Assembly: GCA_043804515.1 (NCBI GenBank)
Contig: JAZDIZ010000048.1
Coordinates: 1 to 16,644, forward strand
Reading direction: 5' to 3'
Length of the DNA stretch: 16,644 nucleotides
Source of the DNA: Pseudomonadota bacterium
Lineage (GTDB): Bacteria > Bdellovibrionota_G > JALEGL01 > DATDPG01
Shown: one piece after another, positions 1 through 7,676 of the stretch
Position numbering within the stretch: position 1 is the first letter of the stretch
How the letters are laid out: the number at the start of each line of letters is the position of its first letter
The notes under the pieces: generated by a model
What the model was told of the DNA's origin: nothing
What the model saw: only the letters and a program-made list of their open reading frames with translations
Database searches by the model: none
Translations under genes and position numbers: made by a program

Positions 1-1079
1 AGGGCGGACACGAGAAAGGAGCGGGGGAGGGCGCCGTCCTCGCGGGCGGCCGCGCGAAGGTCGCTCTTGTTCCAAACCAACCACAAATCTGTCCCCACAA
101 GACGTTTCAGCCACGCCTTGTCTTCCCCTCGAAAACCTTCAGAAGCATCACAGATTACAAGGGACAAGTCCGCGTTCTTAAGGGCCTCTTCCGTTTTTAT
201 CATTCCCATTCGCTCCACGTCGTCTCGTGGGGCTTTGCGAAGGCCGGCCGTGTCGATCAGGCGCACCCGCACGCCGGACAACACCAATTCCTCCCGCAAT
301 GCGTCCCGGGTCGTCCCGGGGGAGGGCATGACAATCGCCCGGTCTGTTTTGAGGAGGGCGTTGAACAACGAGGACTTGCCAACGTTGGGGCGGCCCACCA
401 GCACCACGCAAAAGCCGGCGCTGAGACGGCGGTTCGCGACGTACGTCGTCTTGAGCTCTTCGGCCGCGGCTCGCAGCGCGGCCAGTTTCTTAAGAAGGGC
501 AGGGCGCGCCTCCACGACCACTCCCTCCTCGGGGAAATCAATGGCCGCCTCGCATTCCGCCAAGAGTCCGAGCGTCTCCTCCCTAAACCGCTCCACCGTT
601 GCCGAAAGTCTTCCCTCCAGGCGACGCCTCGCGGCCTTGGCCTGCGCTTCGGACTCCGCGTAAATGAGGTCGGCAACCGCTTCGGCTTGGACAAGATCGA
701 TCCGGCCGTTCAAAAAGGCCCGCTTCGTGAACTCCCCGGGCTCCGCCAGCCGGGCGCCTCGGGAAAGACACGAGCTTACGATTTCCTGCAGCGTCACCGG
801 GCTCCCGTGCCCCTGAAATTCGATCACTTCTTCGCCGGTATAGGAGTGCGGTTGGGCCATTCGGACCACCAAACCGTCGTCGATTCGTTCGCCCGAGGCA
901 TTCAATATCTCGCCGTATAGAAGCTTGTGGCTGGGCCATGGCGTCGGGGTCGTCTTTTGGGGCCGAAAGGCCGCCTTCGCGATCTGGAAGGCCGCGGGGC
1001 CCGAAATCCGGACCACCCCGATCCCTCCGCGAGAGGGGCCGGTCGCGATTGCGACGATCGTGTCCTCTCGTCCGGCCAT
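1..1079 (-). CDS. mnmE: tRNA modification GTPase MnmE/TrmE (partial, 3' end beyond left edge)
   Basis: Not in the ORF track; translated by hand from ATG at 1079 (AGGA upstream). It reads MAGREDTIVAIATGPSRGGIGVVRISG...PHSYTGEEVIEFQGHGSP...AEPGEFTKRAFLNGRIDLVQAEAVADLI, with G1 GRPNVGKSSLFN, G2 PGTTRD, G3 DTAGLR and G4 NKSD. The frame is open to the window edge and sits in the canonical position after jag. Confidence 0.97.
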   Translation of the reverse strand, partial: MAGREDTIVAIATGPSRGGIGVVRISGPAAFQIAKAAFRPQKTTPTPWPSHKLLYGEILNASGERIDDGLVVRMAQPHSYTGEEVIEFQGHGSPVTLQEIVSSCLSRGARLAEPGEFTKRAFLNGRIDLVQAEAVADLIYAESEAQAKAARRRLEGRLSATVERFREETLGLLAECEAAIDFPEEGVVVEARPALLKKLAALRAAAEELKTTYVANRRLSAGFCVVLVGRPNVGKSSLFNALLKTDRAIVMPSPGTTRDALREELVLSGVRVRLIDTAGLRKAPRDDVERMGMIKTEEALKNADLSLVICDASEGFRGEDKAWLKRLVGTDLWLVWNKSDLRAAAREDGALPRSFLVSA

Positions 1080-1098
1080 ATTGTTCCTATAGGGAAAC

Positions 1099-2088
1099 TT
1101 ATTCTTCTTTGTCGTCCGCGGGCGGGGTCTCCGCGATGGGGGCGTCCAGCTCTTCCTCGAAGAAGTCCGCCGTGGGTTCCGGCGGCGCGTCGAACGAGTC
1201 GTGCTTCCGAGGCGGCGGGCCGAGCCGGCGTCGAGGCTCGGCTTCGCGCGGTTCTTCCTCGCGGCCGCCTTCCATGCCGCGGCCGAAGCGTCCCCGGGGG
1301 CCCCTCGGATTGTGGGTGTTTCGACCTCCGCCTCCACCTCCGCGGCGAGGCACAACCAAAACCTTCCTTCCGGGTCCCTCTCCGACGCTCTTCGTCGTCA
1401 CGTCCGGATCCTCGGCAAGGGTCACGTGCAGGATCCTTCGGTCCGCCGCACTCATCGGCTCGGCGCTCACGGGGCGGCCGCTTCGGCGCGCCCTTGTGGC
1501 GAGGCTTCGAGCCATGCCTTCCAAGGACTCCTGCCTGCGGGCGCGGTATTGTTCCGAATCCAGCACCAGCCGCTTGCTGTCTGATCGGTCCAGGCCCGTC
1601 ATCCTCGCCACGAGGTATTGCAGAGCCTGCAGCGTCTGTCCGTGCTTGCCGATCATGAGGCCGGCTCGATCGCCCCCTTGAATGTCGAGGTAAACCGTGT
1701 CCTCGGTTTCCTTGAATTCTACCTGGGCCCCCTGGTCAATAAACCGGACCAAAGTTTCCAGCGTTTCCTTGATCTTGGGGCCGTCTACCGGTGAGAACAC
1801 GCGCGGCTCCGCTTCTTTTTCTCTCTCTTTTTCCCTGCGTGGCTCCGCGGCCTTTTCTGGCTCTCGCGCGTCTTGTGCCACCTCGGGCTCCCGCGCTTGA
1901 GGTTCGCGCGGTGGCGGGACCTTGGCGACCTCGCGGGGCGCCTCCAGTTTCCGGGCCCGAATCCGCGTTTTTCCCCCCTCCGTGACCAGTTCGTATTCCA
2001 GGTGCGTCTCGTTGGTATTCAGGGCATTGCATGCCCGTTCGATCGCGTCGACCCTGTTTCTGCCTTCGATTTCAATCCATTCATCCAT
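1099..2088 (-). CDS. jag: Jag/EloR/KhpB RNA-binding protein (Jag_N, KH, R3H) with disordered linker and C-terminal tail
   Basis: N-terminal Jag domain (IEIEGRNRVDAIERAC...LEYEL), KH domain with GxxG (LMIGKHGQTLQALQYL) and R3H domain (EPMSAADRRILHVTL...TKSVGEGPGRKVLV). It lies between yidC and mnmE. Confidence 0.93.
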   Translation of the reverse strand: MDEWIEIEGRNRVDAIERACNALNTNETHLEYELVTEGGKTRIRARKLEAPREVAKVPPPREPQAREPEVAQDAREPEKAAEPRREKEREKEAEPRVFSPVDGPKIKETLETLVRFIDQGAQVEFKETEDTVYLDIQGGDRAGLMIGKHGQTLQALQYLVARMTGLDRSDSKRLVLDSEQYRARRQESLEGMARSLATRARRSGRPVSAEPMSAADRRILHVTLAEDPDVTTKSVGEGPGRKVLVVPRRGGGGGGRNTHNPRGPRGRFGRGMEGGREEEPREAEPRRRLGPPPRKHDSFDAPPEPTADFFEEELDAPIAETPPADDKEE

Positions 2089-2107
2089 GGCCTATTCCCT
2101 CAAAAAT

Positions 2108-3757
2108 TCATCTGCCCGTAATTTTCGGGGCCATGCCGCGTTGAACCCAGGCCTGCTGGCCGATTCCCCAAAGCGTGCTCAGAAGGATATAAAGCGTCAG
2201 CCCCGAAGGCAGGAATAACATAAAGAAAGTGAACATCACAGGCATGATTTTCATCATCGTCTGTTGCGCCGGATCGGCCCCCGGCGTGGGTGTCATCCTC
2301 TGCTGGATGAACATCACGACGCCCAAAACGATGGGGAGCACAAAGGACGGGTCGTGCGCCGAAAGGTCCCTGATCCAGAGCGCAAACGGCGCCTGGCGAA
2401 GCTCGATCGAGTTGTAGAGCACCCGATAAAGCGCGAAGAAAATCGGAAGCTGTGGAAGCAGGAGAAGGCACCCTCCCATCGGGTTGATCCGATTCGTCCG
2501 CATATAGCTCATGAGCTCGCGGGAGTAGGCCTCCTTGTTTTCGCCGTACTTCGTTTTGAGTGCGTCCATGTACGGCTTGTGTTCTTGCATTTTCTTGAAT
2601 GATTTCGCCTGCATATGGGCAAACGGGAAGAGGATCAGGCGCACAAGAACGGTCAAGAGAATGATCGCAACCCCATAATTCGGGATGATCCGGTAGAGAA
2701 ATCGAAGAAAGTCCAGAATCGGCCGCGCGATCGGCCCCAGCCAATCCCCCAGGTCGATGGCGTGGTCCATCCCGCTCCCTGCGGAGCGCAAGATGCCGAT
2801 GTCCTTCGGGCCGGCGTACATCCGAAGCCCCCAGCGCTCGCTGCCCTCGGGGCGCAGCTGCCGGGGAGGGTAGGTGAACAGGAGGCGAAATTCCCTCACG
2901 TTTTCTTCGACCTTCGGGTCCGCCGAGGTGCCTTTCAGAATCGTTTCGCTGTGGAGTTCCAGCCAGCGCCCCTCAACCGGGGCCAGGGACAGAAGAAAAT
3001 AGCGCGAGTCGAATCCGGCCCATTGAATGTCGCCCGGGGGAAAGGGTTTCCCCTTGAGGAGGTCGCCTGGGGTCAAACGGATCGCCTTCTCGTTGATAAA
3101 CGCCGTGGCGTGGAGGGGGTCGCCCGGATTGAACATGGAGGGGGCTTTCGCGCCGCTTGTGCCCGTCGCTAGCGACGTCTCGGCCTTCACTTTGCGCTCG
3201 GCCGTCCCGCGATTGATCACCTCCACGACTTCGTCCAGCGTGTACGCGTCCTCTTTCCACGCGAACGTTTTGCGGATCCGAAGCTTCGGGCCGAGGTCCC
3301 GCTCGAAGACGATCTGCTGCGGCCCCTCCGCAACGATTTCGTACCCTTGCCCTTGGTCGTCATACGTCTGTCCGTCCACGTCGAACCGCCACACGAGCGG
3401 CGGAGTGGCCTCTCCCATGAACGGAATCACGGGGACAGGCGGGGCGGCCGGGCGCGTGCTCGTGAGAAACTTCCGAAGCAGGGCTTTCTCAATCGTTCCG
3501 GGCGTGCTCGTCCAGGTCATGTTCATGACGGCCGTTTCGCGGGCTACCGTCTTTGCCAAAGGCCTCGTTGCGCCGCGGCCCGGCTCCGGCCTCCTGGTGG
3601 TGGCCGGCACGGCCGTTGCCGCCGTCACGATCGGGGTTGAGGTCGTGGCTGGGGCCGCCGGCTTGGGCGGCTGTTTCGGACCCAAAAACTGGACCCAGAA
3701 AAAGAGGAACGCGGACATGAGGACGATCGCCAGGATGAAACGCTTTTGGTCTTCCAT
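2108..3757 (-). CDS. yidC: Membrane protein insertase YidC (long diderm type with periplasmic domain)
   Basis: Start re-assigned to MEDQKRFILAIVL (ATG 3757, GGAG upstream, just after the yidD stop). Motifs: NYGVAIILLTVLVRLIL, INPMGGCLLLLPQLPIFFALY, ELRQAPFALWIRDLS, PSGLTLY. Confidence 0.97.
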   Translation of the reverse strand: MEDQKRFILAIVLMSAFLFFWVQFLGPKQPPKPAAPATTSTPIVTAATAVPATTRRPEPGRGATRPLAKTVARETAVMNMTWTSTPGTIEKALLRKFLTSTRPAAPPVPVIPFMGEATPPLVWRFDVDGQTYDDQGQGYEIVAEGPQQIVFERDLGPKLRIRKTFAWKEDAYTLDEVVEVINRGTAERKVKAETSLATGTSGAKAPSMFNPGDPLHATAFINEKAIRLTPGDLLKGKPFPPGDIQWAGFDSRYFLLSLAPVEGRWLELHSETILKGTSADPKVEENVREFRLLFTYPPRQLRPEGSERWGLRMYAGPKDIGILRSAGSGMDHAIDLGDWLGPIARPILDFLRFLYRIIPNYGVAIILLTVLVRLILFPFAHMQAKSFKKMQEHKPYMDALKTKYGENKEAYSRELMSYMRTNRINPMGGCLLLLPQLPIFFALYRVLYNSIELRQAPFALWIRDLSAHDPSFVLPIVLGVVMFIQQRMTPTPGADPAQQTMMKIMPVMFTFFMLFLPSGLTLYILLSTLWGIGQQAWVQRGMAPKITGR

Positions 3758-3761
3758 GGGG

Positions 3762-3959
3762 TCACTCCACCGGGTCATATCCGCCGGGATGAAGGGGGTG
3801 GCAACAAAGCAGGCGGCGAACGGACTTCCATGCCCCCCGGACATATCCGAAGCGGGCCAGGGCCTCCTCCGCGTAGGAGGAACAGGAGGGATAAAAACGG
3901 CACCGCGGGCCGAGTGCGGGCGAAATCAGGCGGCGATAGGCGGCAAAAAGAAATTTCAT
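3762..3959 (-). CDS. yidD: Membrane protein insertion efficiency factor YidD
   Basis: YRRLISP...[11 protein letters not shown]...[17 protein letters not shown] is the YidD signature. It overlaps the rnpA stop (ATGA). Confidence 0.95.
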   Translation of the reverse strand: MKFLFAAYRRLISPALGPRCRFYPSCSSYAEEALARFGYVRGAWKSVRRLLCCHPLHPGGYDPVE

Positions 3960-4297
3960 CCCTTTCCCGCTCTTTCAAACAACCGGAGGACTTCCTCCCG
4001 GTCGTCAAGCAAGGGAACCCCCCGCGCAGTGCTCCGTACGATCAGCACATGATCGGCGTGTGGAAGGAGTAAGTGCCGATTCAAACGAAAAAGCTCCCGA
4101 ATAACTCTTTTCCATCGATTTCTCGCAACGGCCGAGCCGGTCTTTCGAGTCACCACCACGCCTAACCGGCACTCGCCGTTCGGCGTTTTCCGCCGCAAAA
4201 GCACGAGCCGGTTCCCCGCAAAGCGCTTCCCCTCTCTTTGGCACAGCTGAAAGTCCGCCGACTTCGCGAGCCGGTCTTTCGGTTGGAATCGCTTCAC
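3956..4297 (-). CDS. rnpA: Ribonuclease P protein component
   Basis: [37 protein letters not shown] (RNR motif). The GTG start overlaps the rpmH stop (GTGA). Confidence 0.96.
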   Translation of the reverse strand: MKRFQPKDRLAKSADFQLCQREGKRFAGNRLVLLRRKTPNGECRLGVVVTRKTGSAVARNRWKRVIRELFRLNRHLLLPHADHVLIVRSTARGVPLLDDREEVLRLFERAGKG

Positions 4298-4443
4298 TTC
4301 GACGCGATGCTGACGGCGAGTCGCCTTCTTCCTTTTCGCCGGCGGCGGGACAGAACAATGCGTCCTGCCTTGGTGCTCATGCGTTTCCGGAAGCCGTGCG
4401 TTCTCTTTCGGCTCACGTTGCTGGGTTGATACGTTCGCTTCAC
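4294..4443 (-). CDS. rpmH: 50S ribosomal protein L34 (49 aa)
   Basis: Below the ORF-track cut-off; translated by hand from GTG 4443: [54 protein letters not shown] lies upstream. Confidence 0.98.
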   Translation of the reverse strand: MKRTYQPSNVSRKRTHGFRKRMSTKAGRIVLSRRRRKGRRRLAVSIASK

Positions 4444-4477
4444 GTGTGCGTCCTTACAAGAAGAAAAAAGTGCGCCG

Positions 4478-4532
4478 TTTCAAACACATATCCCCCGGAG
4501 TGTCAAGCGACGTTATCTCGAACGCCTTGATT
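4478..4532 (-). promoter_or_regulatory. Candidate rpmH promoter: perfect -35 TTGACA, weak -10, adjacent IHF-like site
   Basis: Minus-strand TTGACA at 4501-4506. The hexamer 17 nt downstream (TTGAAA) is a poor -10. AATCAAGGCGTTC (4520-4532, minus strand) differs from WATCAANNNNTTR at one position. Confidence 0.35.
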
Positions 4533-4891
4533 TTATGCAGTCACCAGCGTCCTCCGCGGGAACCCCTCGCTCACGCGCGCCCACGGCCTCTTAACGAACC
4601 CTGTCTGTTCTCACGTCGATGTCTCTTCGGTCCGGGGTGCCTCCTCGCGCATTTCCGAGAACGACGCGCGTTCTCTCGCCGTGCCACGCGCAGGGATTGC
4701 CCCGGTGGCGCGCGCGCTTCAAGGCGTCGCGTTTTTTTCCGCCCCCGCGCAATTCGCTCTCGGAAAGACGAATCCTCCGGTTGTTCCCGTCCCGCCGAGA
4801 GGCATGAAAGTCTGGGCACTTGCATCGACGGAAGGCGTCTTTCCTCTTCGATTTTCCGCCTCTTCCCGCGAATAATACTTTTTTCTCATCT

Positions 4892-4924
4892 TTGTCTTGA
4901 CCCGAGAGATGGTCCCATTATTAA
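4892..4924 (+). promoter_or_regulatory. Candidate sigma70 promoter of dnaA
   Basis: TTGACC(4897-4902)-16-TATTAA(4919-4924), or TTGTCT(4892-4897)-18-CATTAT(4916-4921). It is preceded by an AT-rich tract and lies about 45 nt before the dnaA ATG. Confidence 0.4.
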
Positions 4925-4968
4925 CGCAGCTCACTCGACGCTGCTTTGGCTGAAGGACGTGGGAGCTT

Positions 4969-6315
4969 ATGGAGAAACTCTGGAACGAAACACTGGATCA
5001 TCTCAAGGCGGAAGTCTCGGATCACGCGTTCCGGACGTGGCTTGCGCCGATCCAATACCGAAACACGGAAGAAAACCACTTCGTCCTGGAGGTTCCCAAT
5101 AATTTTTTCCGGGAGCGCGTTCAGCAAGCCTACGCGGACATGATCCGAACGAAGCTTCGCCTCGTGTCCCACAGCGAGGTCGTGGACGTTTCGTTCGTGA
5201 CTCCGCCCAAAACCGCGGAACCGTCCCTTCTGCGCGATATCTCCAGAGCCAAGAAGGAGCTGACCAGGCAGGAGCGGCCCGTCGTTGAGGCGGCCGGCCT
5301 CAATTCCCGTTACGCGTTTGAAAGCTTCGTGGTGGGAACCTCGAACCAGTTCGCGCACGCGGCGGCCTTGGCCGTCGCCCAGGCGCCGGGGAAGACGTAC
5401 AACCCTTTGTTCATATACGGAGGCGTGGGGCTGGGAAAAACCCACCTACTCTGCGCTATTGGCCAATACGCCGCGGAGCATTTGGTCGGCTGCCGGATCG
5501 TTTACCGAACCGCCGAGCGGTTCATGAATGAGCTGATCAACGCGATCCGATATGAAAAAATGCCTGAATTCCGAAGCCGTTACCGCCAATCGTGTGACGT
5601 TCTTCTGGTGGACGATATCCAGTTTTTGGCGGGGAAAGAGCGGACGCAGGAGGAGTTTTTCCACACGTTCAACGCCCTTTACGAAGCCAACAAACAGATC
5701 GTTCTGACGTCCGACCGCTATCCCAAGGAGATCCCAGACCTGGATGAGCGCCTGCGGTCCCGATTTCAGTGCGGCCTGTTCGCGGATATCCAGCCTCCCG
5801 ACGTGGAAACGCGCGTGGCCATTTTGAAGAAGAAGTCGGAGCGGGACCATGTCGAGCTTCCCGACCCCGTGGCCTTTTACCTGGCGAACCGGATCAAGTC
5901 GAACGTGCGCGTTCTCGAGGGGGCGCTGATCCGATTGGCGGCCTTTGCTTCGATTTCCCGGCGTCCGATCACGTTGGAGCTGACCCAAGAGGTGTTCGGC
6001 ACGTTGGCGCCCGAGGACAAGTCGCTCTCCATCGAGACCATCCAAAAGCGGGTCGCGGAGTTCTTCAACTTAAGCACCTCCGATCTTAAGTCCGCCCGAA
6101 GACATAAGGTGGTGGCGCTTCCCAGACAGATCGCTATGTATCTAAGCCGCAAACTCACTCAGGCGTCATTTCCGGAGCTCGGCGAGCGGTTCGGCGGCAA
6201 AGACCACACGACGGTCATGCACGCCGTAAACAAGATCGACCGCCTTTTGGCGGAAGACTCTCCCGTTCGGAACTCTGTCGCGACGATCGAGCAGACGCTT
6301 CAAAGCGATCTTTAA
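4969..6315 (+). CDS. dnaA: Chromosomal replication initiator DnaA
   Basis: YNPLFIYGGVGLGKTHL (Walker A), LLVDDIQFL (Walker B), QEEFFHTFN, RLRSRF, and domain IV PRQIAMYL...FGGKDHTTVMHA. Confidence 0.99.
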   Translation: MEKLWNETLDHLKAEVSDHAFRTWLAPIQYRNTEENHFVLEVPNNFFRERVQQAYADMIRTKLRLVSHSEVVDVSFVTPPKTAEPSLLRDISRAKKELTRQERPVVEAAGLNSRYAFESFVVGTSNQFAHAAALAVAQAPGKTYNPLFIYGGVGLGKTHLLCAIGQYAAEHLVGCRIVYRTAERFMNELINAIRYEKMPEFRSRYRQSCDVLLVDDIQFLAGKERTQEEFFHTFNALYEANKQIVLTSDRYPKEIPDLDERLRSRFQCGLFADIQPPDVETRVAILKKKSERDHVELPDPVAFYLANRIKSNVRVLEGALIRLAAFASISRRPITLELTQEVFGTLAPEDKSLSIETIQKRVAEFFNLSTSDLKSARRHKVVALPRQIAMYLSRKLTQASFPELGERFGGKDHTTVMHAVNKIDRLLAEDSPVRNSVATIEQTLQSDL

Positions 6316-6329
6316 AGGGCGGTGGCCCT

Positions 6330-6338
6330 TGGGGATAA
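6330..6338 (-). promoter_or_regulatory. DnaA box (TTATCCCCA, 1 mismatch)
   Basis: TGGGGATAA on the + strand, compared with consensus TTWTNCACA. Confidence 0.7.
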
Positions 6339-6409
6339 GGCTGTTTGTAATCTATCGGTTTCTTTGGGGATGCCTTTGTTGTGCCGGCTCTTCATCTTCT
6401 GTTCTCCCT

Positions 6410-6418
6410 TTTTCAACA
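6410..6418 (+). promoter_or_regulatory. DnaA box (TTTTCAACA, 1 mismatch)
   Basis: Direct match to TTWTNCACA except at position 6. Confidence 0.65.
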
Positions 6419-6464
6419 GAGGAAATCGTGCCCGCAGGCCCTATTTCAGGCGCCGAGAAAGTTT

Positions 6465-6497
6465 TTGTTCACTTTTCCACAAGGCAATCTATTACTG
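6465..6497 (+). promoter_or_regulatory. Tandem DnaA boxes (TTGTTCACT / TTTTCCACA) plus DnaA-trio-like element
   Basis: A perfect box TTTTCCACA at 6473-6481 shares a base with a degenerate box at 6465-6473. Then come AGGC and AAT-CTA-TTA-CTG. Confidence 0.75.
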
Positions 6498-6539
6498 CTC
6501 GTTAATCATATCTAAATTCGAAGAATATCGAGGTTGTGT

Positions 6540-7664
6540 ATGAGAATTGAATTCGACAGGGATCAACTCACAAAGGGCTTACTGAGAATCGGCACGGTCG
6601 TGGAACGTAAGACGACGATGCCGGTCTTGGGCAACGTCCTGTTGGAGGCGGCGGGAAAAAGCCTTCATATCATTGCCACCGACCTTGAGACGACCATCGA
6701 GAGCGAGTGCCCGGTCAAGGTACTGGAGGAGGGTAAGGTCTGCATCCCGGCGCGAAACCTGATCGATATAGTGAAGGAACTTCCGGAACGGGTGGGGCGC
6801 CTCAAAAAGGGGGAGAACGAATGGATGCTGTTGGAGAGCGGAAAAGCCCAGTTCCGCGTTGTGGGTGTACCGGCCGAGAAATTCCCAAGAGTGACGGAAC
6901 CCGGCCAGTTTAAATTCATGAAGATCCGGACGGAGACTTTGCGTGACGGGATCGAGAAAACCAGCTTCGCAATCTCCACGGACGAGATGAGATACAACCT
7001 GAACGGCGCGTACGTCGAGACGATCAAAGATGCGAAGGGAAAGAACGTGCTCCGGATGGTGACGACGGACGGTCACCGCCTGGCGCTGTCGGACCAGGAA
7101 TTGGGAGACGACGAGAACCTCCAGCTCAAAAAGGGGGTGATTCTTCCGCGAAAGGGCGTGACGGAGCTTAAAAGGCTTCTTGCGGAGACGCAGGAACCGT
7201 TTGCTGACATCGGCTTCGGCGACAACAGCGCCGCCGTTCGATTGGAAGGGGCGACGGTTTACATGCGCCTGGTAGTGGGCGAGTTCCCGGATTACAAAGC
7301 GGTGATTCCAAAAACCAACAAGAAAAAGCTGGTCATCGATCGAGCGCTGTTCACGCATTCCCTGCGTCGCGTTTCGCTGTTTTCGGAGGGAAAATCGAAA
7401 TGCGTGCGGCTGGGACTGAAGGGGGACGGCGTTCACTTGGCCGCGAACAGCCCGGACCTGGGCGAAGCGGAAGAAGAACTCCGCGCGGAGTTTGACGGCG
7501 GCGAGCTTCAGATCGGATTCAACGCCCGGTACCTCCTCGATGCCCTGAGCGTGGCGGTGGGGGACAAGGTGGTCCTGGAGTTGGACCAGGAGACCTCTCC
7601 CGGCCTGATTAAGATCCCGGACGATCCGGGCTTTTGCGGCGTCATCATGCCGATGCGGATCTAA
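6540..7664 (+). CDS. dnaN: DNA polymerase III beta sliding clamp
   Basis: ATG at 6540 with GAGGT RBS. Motifs: TMPVLGNVLL, IATDLE, MVTTDGHRLA, GEFPDYKAVIP, IGFNARYLLDAL and C-terminal VIMPMRI. Confidence 0.98.
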   Translation: MRIEFDRDQLTKGLLRIGTVVERKTTMPVLGNVLLEAAGKSLHIIATDLETTIESECPVKVLEEGKVCIPARNLIDIVKELPERVGRLKKGENEWMLLESGKAQFRVVGVPAEKFPRVTEPGQFKFMKIRTETLRDGIEKTSFAISTDEMRYNLNGAYVETIKDAKGKNVLRMVTTDGHRLALSDQELGDDENLQLKKGVILPRKGVTELKRLLAETQEPFADIGFGDNSAAVRLEGATVYMRLVVGEFPDYKAVIPKTNKKKLVIDRALFTHSLRRVSLFSEGKSKCVRLGLKGDGVHLAANSPDLGEAEEELRAEFDGGELQIGFNARYLLDALSVAVGDKVVLELDQETSPGLIKIPDDPGFCGVIMPMRI

Positions 7665-7676
7665 GTCGCAGCGCGA

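Larger units (their letters stand above)
6316..6539. other. Replication origin oriC (dnaA-dnaN intergenic region)
   Basis: An AT-richer gap containing several DnaA boxes (6330-6338, 6410-6418, 6465-6473, 6473-6481). These are followed by a short GC spacer, trio-like CTATTACTG and an AT-rich stretch. Confidence 0.85.

Noticed and set aside
3758..3844. N-terminal extension of the yidC ORF (578 aa call)
   Set aside because: It overlaps yidD. ATG 3757 has an SD and gives a typical YidC N-terminus.
67..4072. Long + strand ORFs (67-663, 927-1658, 938-1681, 2615-3172, 3027-4052 and others)
   Set aside because: They are antisense shadows of mnmE, jag and yidC in GC-rich DNA, with Arg/Pro/Ser-rich translations and no recognisable motifs.
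4446..5102. 218-aa ORF and smaller ORFs across the rpmH-dnaA spacer
   Set aside because: No SD or motif, a low-complexity Arg-rich product, and an out-of-frame overlap with dnaA.
5755..5780. DnaA RSRFQCGL instead of RSRFEWGL
   Set aside because: The arginine-finger residues are intact and these two positions vary among DnaA proteins.
6315..6330. Hairpin AAGGGC-GGTG-GCCCTT right after the dnaA stop as a terminator
   Set aside because: The 6-bp stem has no following U-tract and abuts a DnaA box, so it is too weak to call.
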